A DNA stretch of 64,000 nt from Macrostomum lignano (GCA_002269645.1 NIVC01002871.1:68901-132900); one strand, 5' to 3'. Positions 48,201-59,320 are shown, counted from the stretch's first letter. Numbers and translations: made by a program. Notes: generated by a model from the sequence alone, not told the origin.

Positions 48201-51200
48201 TGAGTTGCTCAGCTGCTGTATAAAAGAAAGGCAAGGCCCTGTTATGTAACTTTCACTGTTTTTTTACAGTAACGGCTAATACAATTCAACTGGAACTCAA
48301 GTCCTACAGGTGATAAGGGAGAGAATACGAGCCGTAGTGAGGGAGAGAGAGGTAGAGAGAGAGAAGCGAGTAGCTTTCGAAAAAGCACTAGAGTTAAGCT
48401 GATACAGTTTCTTCGACCGATATGTAGCGACAATAACTTTGCTAGCTCTAAATTTTACCTGGTGAAGTTGATTTCTACCGATATGTATTGTTAATAACTT
48501 TATTAGCTCAAGATTCAAGTTGGAAGAGTTGATTTCTACCGATATGTATTGTTAATAACTTTATTAGCTCAAGATTCAAGTTGGAAGAGTTGATTTCTAC
48601 CGATATGTATTGTTAATAACTTTATTAGCTCAAGATTCAAGTTGGAAGAGTTGATTTCTACCGATATGTATCGTTAATAACTTAATTGGCTCAAGATTCA
48701 AGTTGGAAGAGTTGATTTCTACCGATATGTATTGTTAATAACTTTATTAGCTCAAGATTCAAGTTGGAAGAGTTGATTTCTACCGATATGTATCGTTAAT
48801 AACTTAATTGGCTCAAGATTCAAGTTGGAAGAGTTGATTTCTACCGATATGTATCGTTAATAACTTAATTGGCTCAAGATTCAAGTTGGAAGAGTTGATT
48901 TCTACCGATATGTATTGTTAATAACTTTATTAGCTCAAGATTCAAGTTGGAAGAGTTGATTTCTACCGATATGTATCGTTAATAACTTAATTGGCTCAAG
49001 ATTCAAGTTGGAAGAGTTGATTTCTACCGATATGTATTGTTAATAACTTTATTGGCTCAAGATTCAAGTTGGAAGAGTTGATTTCTACCGATATGTATCG
49101 TTAATAACTTAATTGGCTCAAGATTCAAGTTGGAAGAGTTGATTTCTACCGATATGTATCGTTAATAACTTAATTGGCTCAAGATTCAAGTTGGAAGAGT
49201 TGATTTCTACCGATATGTATCGTTAATAACTTTATTGGCTCAAGATTCAAACAGGAAAAGTTGATTTCTACCGATATGTATTGTTGATAACTTTGTTGGC
49301 TAAGCTGGATAAGCTAGCAAAGTTAATTTCCACCGATATGTAGCGAAAACAATTTTGTCAAAAGCATAGGTCTATTCGGCAGGAGTTCACCTCGCATCCA
49401 GAAGTAACCGGGCAGAGAGACGGGACCTGATTGCTGAAGGGACACGAGTACTCAGAAATCCATATTGGCGATTGCTCCCACTTCCTTAAGGCAGGCAGGC
49501 TCAAGGAACAAGCATAGGTTTTCCTGCACCCAGCGTGTGGTGTCAGATCGACTGTCTCCTCGTACTCCACAGCGATTTATATTTCCGAATATTTTAAAGC
49601 ACAAGATGGACTAACTGAGATTGGCGGGCAGCAGAGCAAACACTGGATAGGAATTCAGCCATGAAAATTGGAGCTTGTGCTGCAGAGCAAACAGACCTCT
49701 CCTTGCTAGCTTGATTTTTCTGTTCTCAAATGTTTAAACCCGCGCTTAAGCCTGCGCTTTGGAGACTTTCGCATCCAGTTTTTATCTTCATCAAAGTTCC
49801 GCGAGTCTGGACTAGCCTGCGCACCTCATCGCCGATCAATCAATCAGAGAGCGGCGGAGAGTGCATCAGCTGCTATTTGGCCTCTTGCGGTTGCCCGCTA
49901 AGCCTCATCTCAGCGCGCAGTCTCTCCAATTCTCGGCCGAGCTCGATTGCTCATTTTGCCTGGCCCTCACCACCTGCCCCTCACTGCCTGCCCCTCACCG
50001 CCTTCCCCTCACTGCCTGCCCCTCACCGCCTGCCCCTCACTGCCTGCCCCTCACCGCCTTCCCCTCACCGCCTTCCCCTCACCGCCTGTCCCTCACCGCC
50101 TTCCCCTCACCGCCTTCCCCTCACCGCCTTCCCCTCACCGCCTTCCCCTCACCGCCTGTCCCTCACCGCCTTCCCCTCACCGCCTTCCCCTCACCGCCTT
50201 CCCCTCACCGCCTTCCCCTCAACGCCTTCCCCTCAACGCCTTCCCCTCACCGCCTTCCCCTCACCGCCTTCCCCTCAACGCCTTCCCCTCAACGCCTTCC
50301 CCTCACCGCCTGTCCCTCCCCGCCTGTCCCTCACCGCCTGGCCCTCCCCGCCTGTCCCTCCCCGCCTGTCCCTCACCGCCTGCCCCTCACTGCCTGCCCC
50401 TCACCGCCTTCCCCTCACCGCCTTCCCCTCACCGCCTGGCCCTCCCCGCCTGTCCCTCCCCGCCTGTCCCTCACCGACTGCCCCTCACTGCCTGCCCCTC
50501 ACCGCCTTCCCCTCACCGCCTTCCCCTCACCGCCTTCCCCTCACCGCCTTCCCCTCACCGCCTTCCCCTCACCGCCTTCCCCTCAACGCCTTCCCCTCAA
50601 CGCCTTCCCCTCACCGCCTTCCCCTCACCGCCTTCCCCTCACTGCCTGCCCCTCACCGCCTGGCCCTCACCGCCTGGCCCTCACCGCCTGTCCCTCCCCG
50701 CCTGCTCCTCCTCGCCTGCCCCCTAATCGCCTGGCCCTCACCGCCTGTCCCTCCCCACCTGCCCCCTAATCGCCTGCCCCTCACCGCCTGTCTTTCCCCG
50801 CCTGCCCCTCACCGCCTGCCCCTCACCGCCTGTCCCTCCCCGCCTGCCCCCTAATCGCCTGCCCCTCACCGCCTGCCCCTCCCCGCCTGCCCCCTAATCG
50901 CCTGGCCCTCACCGCCTGCCCCTCCCGCCTGCCCCCTAATCGCCTGGCCCTCACCGCCTGGCCCTCACCGCTTGTCCTTCTCCGCTGCCCCTCTCCGCTT
51001 CCCTCAGCCTCCAACCAATATATGTCTCGTATTCTCCTCTCTTCTATTCTCATTGAATCCCCTGTGACGCACACACCAACTCTCTCTCTACCAGCTTCTC
51101 TCCCAAAGCTTCTGCCACTCAGTCGCTCGAGTGCCCTCCAAGTCTATCAGTTTTCCCGCCTTCATAGCGCACTGGAGCATCATTATCCAATCCCGCTTAG

Positions 51201-54200
51201 AAGTCCCAAAATCCCCAATAGTCGCCCTAACTAGCAGCCTTCTCCCTTCCCCAGCCATCACTCGAATTCATTTCGAATCCTGTCGCAGGATCTGATTAAT
51301 CGCCCCTCGCCTCCTTACCCTCCTCCCCACTACCAATGGAATTCCCCTGGCTGCAGTGCGCGCCAGAGAGCGTTGTTAACAGGCGAATATTGCGCTGATT
51401 TTCAGCGACGCAGATTTTTTTATTCATCACAGGCCGCTCCCTGCTGGGCCCTTGGGGACCAATTTAGCCTGCAATTTGGCCGGGCAGTCACATATCGAGG
51501 CACTTCTGTTCCTGTCTCAGTTCTGGACTTTCGCTGACCCTCCCACTCTCTGCTCTCTTTTATGCTAAGGCGCTGTTCTAAAAGTACAGCATGAGAAAGA
51601 GGGGACTAAAATGCTCAATTAGGGGGCAGGGCAGCTCAGCCGTTAAACGTGTCTGAATCTCGGGCAGCGACTCCTTTGGTTTGATACCTTGCGCGCGCAG
51701 ACTCCAAGCTCATCTGGGGCTTGTGCGCGAAAACTGGGCTGGGGGTTGTCGTGCGTACAGTATCTGCGTACAGCTGGAGTCTCCACAGCCTTCCTGCATT
51801 ATCTGTTGAATATAAACCGCTCGTCTACTCATTGCAATTTAAATTCGCGCCAAAATCCGGAAATTTTTCAAATCACAATTACGCTCGTAGTTGAATGTTT
51901 TTCTTTTTTGTTTTGCTTAAAATGACGATTTGATTCCAGATGCCCGAGCCCGTACACTGGTCTCATTTGCGAAAAATTTGATGATGACGCTTTTGAGCAG
52001 AGTGAGTCATATGAGTCATAGTTTCGACCAGCCTATGTTTGTTAAAACGATTGTCAAATTGGCGTTTCTGCTGGTTTTAAATAACACGATAACTCAAAAC
52101 AAAATTTTATTGCTGCTACTGAATCAAAATTGATTTTCTAAACTCCTTTCACACAAGTTGAGGTCAACTTCTTGACAATAAATCTAGACAAAGTCAAGGA
52201 TCTGGCTAATAAAGAGTTTGTTTTACAAGCTAAATGTATAACTGCTTTGCTGATATAATATTTTCAACTAACATTTGCTAATCTTTTTATAATTAATGAA
52301 ACAGGCTAAGCCAGATGACACGTCACCCCACCCTATCGAATCATGCTTTTAATTACAGGTGCCTCACCACGGCTGCGGAGGCGGCTCGTCACCATGGGAA
52401 TTGCGTTGAATTCCAGCGTAATTATCAGGCCGGGGGATCTGAGCGACTTTGAGGGGATTTCAGGATAGGGAAAGACCGTTGTTAGGAAAATTAATTATTT
52501 TAAAAAAATTATTCTAAATTAGAAAAAGGATATTTGTTTCAGAATGAGAAATTCGGAGTTCAGAATGAGAAATCTGGAGTTCAGAATGAGAAATCTGGAG
52601 TTCAGAATGAGAAATCTGGAGTTCAGAATGAGAAATCTGGAGTTCAGAATGAGAAATCTGGAGTTCAGAATGAGAAATCTGGAGTTCAGAATGAGAAATC
52701 TGGAGTTCAGAATGAGAAATCGGGAATTCAAAATGAGAAATAAGAAAAGTCATGATTCAGAACAGGCTTGAGAATTAAATGTCATCGACTTTGGAAATAT
52801 CTGAGGAGAAATGCATTTAGATGTTTACCAGAATTCAGCATAACTAGAACCGCACCCTCAGATGACCAGAAGCAAACAGCTTGAATAGCCGCCCGCCTAC
52901 CCTTTCCAGTCCGCTTAGTGGTGTATCCTCATTACCCGGAGACTGCCTGCGACTCGGTCCACTGAAAATCCTCGCTTAAAATCTGCCCATTTACGGCCTC
53001 ACTGATGTCTCTCCTTAGCCCGAATTCTCTCGCCCCTGCACCCAAGTACACGGGCTTCTGCTTGCACTTTCCGGTCCAGTGGATCCAGAAATTCCTGTCA
53101 GTCTCTTTGCCGAGCGCCTACTGGTGGGCAAAACTAGCCAAGAAGTTATCCTCAACCCACTAGAATTCCCTCCGCCCTGTGAGAGCAGTGTTTAGCAGCT
53201 GGGCGGGTCGATGCGGGAGTTCGATCCGAAACGGGACCCGGCTGATTTTTGTAGTGCAGTACGGAAATGGGACGGGAGAGAGACAGGGAGAGAGTGACTG
53301 CGGGGAGGGAGAAACCCAACCTAGAAAAGGGAAGTACAAATTGAGGTTTGAATCTACAAGCTGGCATTAGGCATCCAGTGAGAATCATTAGGCTGGCATT
53401 AGGCATCCAGTTAGAATCATTAGGCTGGCATTAGGCATCCAGTTAGAATCATTAGGCTGGCATTAGGCATCCAGTTAGAATCATTAGGCTGGCATTAGGC
53501 ATCCAGTTAGAATCATTAGGCTGGCATTAGGCATCCAGTTAGAATCATTAGGCTGGCATTAGGCATCCAGTTAGAATCATTAGGCTGGCATTAGGCATCC
53601 AGTTAGAATCATTAGGCTGGCATTAGGCATCCAGTTAGAATCATTAGGCTGGCATTAGGCATCCAGTTAGAATCATTAGGCTGGCATTAGGCATCCAGTT
53701 AGAATCATTAGGCTGGCATTAGGCATCCAGTTAGAATCATTAGGCTGGCATTAGGCATCCAGTTAGAATCATTAGGCTGGCATTAGGCATCCAGTTAGAA
53801 TCATTAAGCTGGCATTAGGCATCCCGTTAAAATCATTAGGCTGGCATTAGGCATCCAGTTAGAATCATTAGGCTGGAATTAGGCATCCAGTTAGAATCAT
53901 TAGGCTGGCATTAGGCATCCAGTTAGAATCATTAGGCTGGCATTAGGCATCCAGTTAGAATCATTAGGCTGGCATTAGGCATCCAGTTAGAATCATTAGG
54001 CTGGCATTAGGCATCCAGTTAGAATCATTAGGCTGGCATTAGGCATCCAGTTAGAATCATTAGGCTGGCATTAGGCATCCAGTTAGAATCATTAGGCTGG
54101 AATTAGGCATCCAGTTAGAATCATTAGGCTGGCATTAGGCATCCAGTTAGAATCATTAGGCTGGCATTAGGCATCCCGTTAGAATCATTAGGCTGGCATT

Positions 54201-57200
54201 AGGCATCCAGTTAGAATCATTAGGCTGGCATTAGGCATCCAGTTAGAATCATTAGGCTGGCATTAGGCATCCAGTTAGAATCATAAGGCTGGCATTAGGC
54301 ATCCAGTTAGAACCATTAGGCTGGTATTAGGCATCAAGTTAGAATCATTAGGCTGGCATTAGGCATCCAGTTAGAATCATTAGGCTGGTATTAGGCATCC
54401 AGTTAGAATCATTAGGCTGGTATTAGGCATCCAGTTAGAACCATTAGGCTGGTATTAGGCATCCAGTTAGAATCATTAGGCTGGCATTAGGCATCCGCAC
54501 TGGAACTGTTTGCAGAGCTGCTGAGCAGCACGGCGGCCCGGGCTGTGGACCGAGTCCTGACCCGCATGACCATAGGGGTCATAGCGGTAGTCATAGCTCT
54601 CATGCTCATACTGTCATGGTATCTGGCTAAGTAAGGCTGCGGGACTGCCGCTCTGATCTGTGCGGGATCATCCTGGATGTTGTTTCCTTTGTTTCTATTC
54701 AATCTTATTCTGTTGTTTCGGTTTAATAACCAACTTAGATTGTCGGTGTTGTTTTGCATTATTCTGCTTTGTGTTTTCATTTTTAATAGCGCCGCGGTTT
54801 GCACCAATCATAGTTAATGAATTGTTTTGCAGACTACGTGAAAAGTCTGGCGTCCGCTAGCGCAATTTCGCGATCGAACACGGGCCTAATAGTGGCCATG
54901 ATCATTGCTCTGCTCATCGTTATTGGCCTGCTCATAGCTGTCTGCTACCTGACCTGCAGCATGTGAGTCTGCTTAGTTCATGTCTGACTGAATCTTCTCT
55001 GGACTCAAAGTCTTACACTTCATTCCAACCGCTGCAATGGCTGCACAATCAGCTGGTAGGGTGGGTCTCAGATTTGGTTGCAATTTGTACTTTTATGTCT
55101 GGATAGGAAAAGAAATCGAAGGCCAGATAGATAGGAGTGACCTGATAGGTAAGAAAGGCTTGATGGAAAGTTTTGAGAATCTCCCTGCAACGCTGGCTCC
55201 AACGGGCGGCCTCTCCAATCGACCGAGCAGCGAGAGAGAAGACAGAAAGAAAGGAATAGCATTGAAAGTGTTGGGGTGAGAGAACGTCCTTGAGGCGGTT
55301 TGGGCCTGTCCCCTGGTTCCTGGTCAGGTGAGGGTCCCAGCTAAGAGTTTAATTATGCAGGACAGTGCGCCTGCCTGGCTGGTTCCCACGGACCCACCTC
55401 CCAGCAACTCATCCCGGATCTTGTGGTGCCCAGGCTTCAATCATTCGCTTTATTGCACCTGGGCCGTCTCGGCGCGGCTGTAAATTCGGTTTATACAGTT
55501 TTATTTTATAATTTCTACTTTAAATTGTTGTCAACTGCTTGTTGTTTTGGGCAAACTTTCTGTCCTTCTCTTCTCTACTGTGCTTGTTGGCTTGAAAACT
55601 GTTCTTTGCTATGAATATATTATTGCATGCACGCTGGAAACTTGCAGTTAAGCTCTTATTTAACTTAATGGAACAATATTGGGCGCGTCCGATAAGTGCG
55701 GAACTGATGTCAGACTGCAGGCGTCCAAGGCCAAGAAATCGATTTGGTTCCTCTCTTGGTTTGATGAATTTTTCTCACATTATAGAGGCCGCGCAGTCGA
55801 GGGAAGAAAGCGATAAGGAAAAATGGGAACTATTTAAGCGTATAGTAAGTAGTAAGGAAAATTTGAATATGATTTGTTATTTACGGCAATGCGGAACCAA
55901 TGACGAATTAAGAACGCAGGGCGTTACCAAATAGATCATCTGTGGTCGGTTCGTTCTGCAGGAAGCGAAACTCGAAGCTCAGTGGCCCTTCACGGACAAA
56001 TCATTTATTGAATGTCAAATTGAATGTCACATTGCCTGGCGAAGATATGTCTGGAGCATCGTCATCAGCAAATTGATTTTTGCGCTTCAACAGCAATCCA
56101 TGGAGCGATTCCTAAAACAACAGTCAATCAAAAGGGTGATTCAGTGATGCTCAGCGATTATGACCCAGTTGGTAGCTTCGACTGGATGTCGAGCGTTGAA
56201 TTTCTCGAGACATCGACTGACTTTGACTTGCTTTGACTCAGCTGCAGGGGGTTCCGGGCAGCCGGATACAGCCCCTGACGACCATGGGCAGCTGATGCTG
56301 CTATGTCGCGCAGGGAGATCCGGTGGTGCTGGTGTCCGCAGCGGCGGTCCCACTCCAGAGAGTCCACAGGAGGTAGATGGTTGCTCGCCAGGTAGCCCTT
56401 AGGTAGCGGACGAGCTGGCAGAGACTCTCGGGCCTAAAAACGTTAGAGAGGCTCGGGTTTGGGCCGAGGTAGGTGAGCCTGTCCTGAGTATTCACAGATG
56501 AAGTCGATCTGATCTGGTGAATGTTCATCGGAATGAACATTCTTCAAGATGCGGATTTTTCATTTTTCCCTGGAGGTAGCGATGCCTGGCAAAGAATCCA
56601 TGAGACGCAAGAGGCCCATGGTTGAATCGTTCCACGGATCGTACGTCATCTCTACATTACTGCACGCTGGTTTACTCCCGATTCGCCGAATCCCGATTCG
56701 CCGATTCCCGATTCCCGATTCGCCGAATTCCCGATTCGCCGAATTCCTGACTCGCCGAAATCCTGATTCGTTGATTCCTGCTTCGCCGAAATTCCTGATT
56801 TGCCGAATTCCTGACTCGCCGAACCTTCCAGTTTCTAATTGTACGACGCCACAGGTGGAAGTGGATGCATGCCAGGTGGGCCGGGTTGTGATTGGCCAGC
56901 TCTGGAGGCTCTCCTGCCTAGCCCTGTCCGCACGCTCGTATATAAGGGCCAGATTTCCAGTTGAGGCAGTCACACTTTTATAAATACAACTCTCCACAGA
57001 AGCACTTGTTCAGCTGATGGTGCGCCTGTGTGTGTGTGCGTGTGTGAGTGGATGGTCAATGGGGTAATCGGCAAATCAGGAATTCGGCAAATCAGGAATT
57101 CGGCAAATCAGGAATTTCGGCGAAGCAGGAATCGGCGAATCGGGATTCGGCGAATCGGGATTCGGCGAATCTGGGGTAAACCTGCACGCTATTTTAATTC

Positions 57201-57924
57201 ACCGCAAAATTTCTGCATTGTGATACGATTACACCATAGACAAAAGTCGCTTGCATTCCAGATTTGCTGGTGTATCAACAGTTCTCTCTGATGTTTTAAC
57301 TTCAGACGCAGAAGGTTGGACTACAGAAAAGGCAGGCGAAGACAAGCTGATAGCACTTCGAATAAGGTTTGTATTTGTTGTCACCTGGTCAGCTAATAAT
57401 AATCATACATAGTCAAGGTCGGAGATCTGTAGATAGGTTGCTATTCAGCACTGTACCCCCCCCCCCGAGGTCAAGACTAGGTTAAAACTAGCTGAACAGT
57501 TAAAACCATGCACTGCTCTACTTAAAGTAGCAAAAACTGTGCGAAACGCGTTAACTATGTTTTATTCAGGCGGGAAAGGCCAGTGCTGTGCTCCTATTCG
57601 TTGCAGGAGGTGCAGGTTCGATTCCTGTCAGACGGCCTACCGCACGGCAGGGCGGCCCAGCCCTCGCCAAACCGATCAGCAGCCGTCCTGGTTGACGGTC
57701 CAGCTGCAGCCGCTGCCGCCGCTTCCGGGCGTCGGAACGTCGCTGACGCTTCAACACTAACGGAAGAAACGGCTCGCAGCAGTAACCATGGTAACCGGAC
57801 AGCCACTGTTGGCCGCCACCAGCCCTATCAGCGTCACCAGCAGCAGCAAAACCAACTGAGTGTTGCTACACTGCCCCGGTTGTCCATCCAGTCCGGGAGA
57901 ACGGCCCCAGCGGAGCCGCTGTGA
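41708..57924 (+). CDS. Neuregulin/vein-like EGF-family ligand: signal peptide, N-terminal NtA-like domain, Ig domain, EGF, TM and cytoplasmic tail (~526 aa)
   Basis: Exons 41708-42278, 42876-43125, 43840-43958, 48088-48199, 52359-52417, 54516-54630 (or 54833-54962), 57570-57924; all phases are compatible. Ig: [21 protein letters not shown]...[15 protein letters not shown]: [26 protein letters not shown]-x-C, split by a phase-2 intron as in NRG genes. TM: [28 protein letters not shown]. The 3' end is uncertain (see findings). Confidence 0.75.
42876..43125 (+). CDS. NRG-like exon 2 (polybasic segment and first half of the Ig domain)
   Basis: cccag|CG acceptor, AG|GTACCG donor; C-x-A-x-G-x-P-x-P-x3-W-x-K-D-G. 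Confidence 0.85.
43195..43830. repeat. Pyrimidine-rich (CCT/CCATCCT) tandem tract; related tract at 40805-41050
   Basis: CTCCATCCTCCACCATCCTCCTCTCT... Confidence 0.93.
43840..43958 (+). CDS. NRG-like exon 3 (second half of the Ig domain)
   Basis: ccgcag|A acceptor, G|GTGAGT donor; GNFSC. Confidence 0.85.
44428..45250. repeat. 29-bp minisatellite
   Basis: CATGACCTCATTGCGGTTAGATTCGAGGA. Confidence 0.96.
46445..47240. repeat. 19-20-bp minisatellite
   Basis: CCCAGATAGCAAGCATCCC. Confidence 0.96.
47450..47755 (-). mobile_element. tRNA(Val)-like CORE-type SINE family A, full-length copy
   Basis: Head GGGGCTGGAGCCTAGTGGTTAGAGCGTCGGACTCACGACTGAAAGGTCGGGGGTTCGATTC; body TGTGTCCTTGAGCAAAGCACTTCACTCTGCATTGCTTCAGTTCACCCAGTTGTAAAATGGG resembles the MIR CORE consensus; (ATT)n tail. 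Confidence 0.8.
48088..48199 (+). CDS. NRG-like exon 4 (EGF Cys1-4)
   Basis: gttcag|TG acceptor, AT|GTGAGT donor; CLHGGTC. Confidence 0.88.
48455..49345. repeat. 61-bp minisatellite; degenerate units also upstream of the EGF exon (47815-47900)
   Basis: GTTGATTTCTACCGATATGTATTGTTAATAACTTTATTAGCTCAAGATTCAAGTTGGAAGA. Confidence 0.96.
49965..50975. repeat. 14-bp C-rich minisatellite
   Basis: CCCTCACCGCCTTC; the complementary strand is GG-run rich. Confidence 0.95.
51628..51700 (+). mobile_element. tRNA-like SINE head fragment
   Basis: GCAGCTCAGCCGTTAAACGTGTCTGAATCTCGGGCAGCGACTCCTTTGGTTTGATACC. Confidence 0.4.
52359..52417 (+). CDS. NRG-like exon 5 (EGF Cys5-6: [19 protein letters not shown])
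   Basis: Best phase-2 to phase-1 candidate I found that starts with Cys; ttttaattacag|G acceptor, C|GTAATT donor. Confidence 0.55.
52535..52740. repeat. 21-bp minisatellite
   Basis: TTCAGAATGAGAAATCTGGAG, ~9.5 copies. Confidence 0.96.
53360..54495. repeat. 32-bp minisatellite ending ~20 bp before TM exon A
   Basis: GGCTGGCATTAGGCATCCAGTTAGAATCATTA, ~35 copies. Confidence 0.97.
54516..54630 (+). CDS. NRG-like TM exon A ([38 protein letters not shown])
   Basis: tttgcag|AG acceptor, AA|GTAAGG donor; RVLT followed by a hydrophobic helix resembles the NRG1 juxtamembrane/TM segment. Confidence 0.75.
54833..54962 (+). CDS. NRG-like TM exon B ([42 protein letters not shown])
   Basis: ttttgcag|AC acceptor, AT|GTGAGT donor; same phases as exon A; 22-aa hydrophobic helix. 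Confidence 0.7.
56669..57182. mobile_element. Non-autonomous foldback DNA transposon (Merlin-like) with 8-bp TSD
   Basis: Termini GGTTTAC...GTAAACC; long inverted arms built from CCGATTCGCCGAAT-type repeats; TSD TGCACGCT at 56661-56668 and 57183-57190. Confidence 0.8.
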
Positions 57925-58505
57925 CTTTCAGAGGCGGCGGAGGCGAAATTTCTGGAGTGGCTGGTCACATCTACGAGGGCTACGGCTATGGCTACGGCTA
58001 CGGCTACGGCCTAAGCAATTATCAGCGCCCGCCGCAGCCAGTCTTTGATTATGGATTGGGTAGCAGCTACGGTGACGCCTTGATGCGCGAGCTCGATCAG
58101 CTTAGTCGGATGGAGCGGCAGCTGATGCAGCATCCGCAGCAGCAGCAGCAGCAGCAGCTATCTCCCGCACCCGCTAGAGAACGGGCAACTCCAATGTCGC
58201 TGACACGGCAGCATCCGCCACCACCGCCGCCGCAGCTGCGGCATGCGTCGATCTATCGCCGTCAGCTGGGAGACTCCGCCGGTTACGAGGCATCTCCGCT
58301 GCTTTCAACAGACGCAGCCTCAGCCGCCGAGCAGTCCAGGCTTCAGCAGCAGCCGCATCAATATCTGTCCCAGTCTCAACGGTTGCAGCAGTACCAGCAG
58401 CAGCATGCTCAGCATTATCAGCAGCCGCTGCCGTTTCCCGGGCACGGATCGAGTTCGTCCAGTTCGCTGACCGCCTATCGCTACTACCTGCAGAACCCTA
58501 TGTGA
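57570..58505 (+). CDS. NRG-like terminal coding region (cytoplasmic tail; frame ambiguous)
   Basis: Acceptor tttattcag|G at 57570 reads to TGA 57924. A second open frame, 57795-58505, is polyQ/P/GY-rich and coding-like. Confidence 0.55.
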
Positions 58506-58644
58506 GCAACCAGACAGTGACAACAGTAGATGCATCTGCGGCAGCTGCAAATATTGTTTCTTGACAAAATAGATCATGTATACTACCATACTCGAGAGAT
58601 TTGTTTTAGAAATCAATTATGACCCTAGCGCTGGGTTTGTGCAG

Positions 58645-59000
58645 TACTCATAGCTATGTACTCATGGCTATGTACTCATGGCTATGTATTCATGGCTTTG
58701 TACTCATGGCTATGTACTCATGGCTATGTATTCATGGCTATGTACTCATGGCTTTGTACTCATGGCTTTGTACTCATGGCTATGCACTCATGGCTATGTA
58801 CTCATGGCTATGTATTCATGACTATGTACTCATGGCTTTGTACTCTCATGGCTATGCACTCACGGCTATGTACTCATGGCTATGTACTTATGGCTATGTA
58901 CTCTCATGGCTATGCACTCATGGCTATGTATTCATGGCTTTGTACTCATGGCTATGTACTCATGGCTATGCACTCATGGCTATGTATTCATGGCTATGTA
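58645..59000. repeat. 14-bp minisatellite downstream of the NRG-like gene
   Basis: TATGTACTCATGGC. Confidence 0.95.
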
Positions 59001-59029
59001 AACTTGACTGGACGCAAACTGGGGAGTAA

Positions 59030-59320
59030 ACACGTCTGAATCTCGCACCGCGACCCCCCTCGTTTGATTCCGTGTGCGGTCATTAATTTGGGTCCATGTA
59101 CAAAAATTGGCCGGGGGTTGCCGGGCGATTCAAACCCCCCTAAGGCACAGAGAGTGTACATTGCCTGATGAATATAAAGTCAGGGCCGCTGTGCACCCTG
59201 TGTGAGCGTGTGCATGAGTGAGTGCCTGCGTACAGTATTGACGCGCTTGAATGTGCCCAGGAGTCAGCGCAATGGGCAGAATCGCCGTTCATGGGCACAA
59301 TCCTGCTTACTCTACGATGC
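59030..59320 (+). mobile_element. SINE family B, divergent subfamily copy
   Basis: TTTGATTCCGTGTGCGGTCATTAATTTGGG head and AGTGTACATTGCCTGATG...GTCAGGGCCGCTGTGCACCC body. Confidence 0.65.

Noticed and set aside
51357-51420. Alternative EGF second-half exon (…TGEYCADFQ)
   Set aside because: It lacks Cys5 in the required phase and has no convincing donor.
7583-54495. Long repetitive ORFs in the track (for example 7583-8236, 19081-20171, 26430-27321, 42851-43975, 46413-47439, 49730-50854, 52514-52771)
   Set aside because: They are stop-free frames of tandem repeats inside introns or intergenic DNA; only the short non-repetitive ends of some overlap real exons.
59155-59200. Hammerhead ribozyme (CTGATGA present; also at 22536 and 25723)
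   Set aside because: There is no correctly placed stem II plus GAAA core, and the other SINE copies lack CTGATGA.
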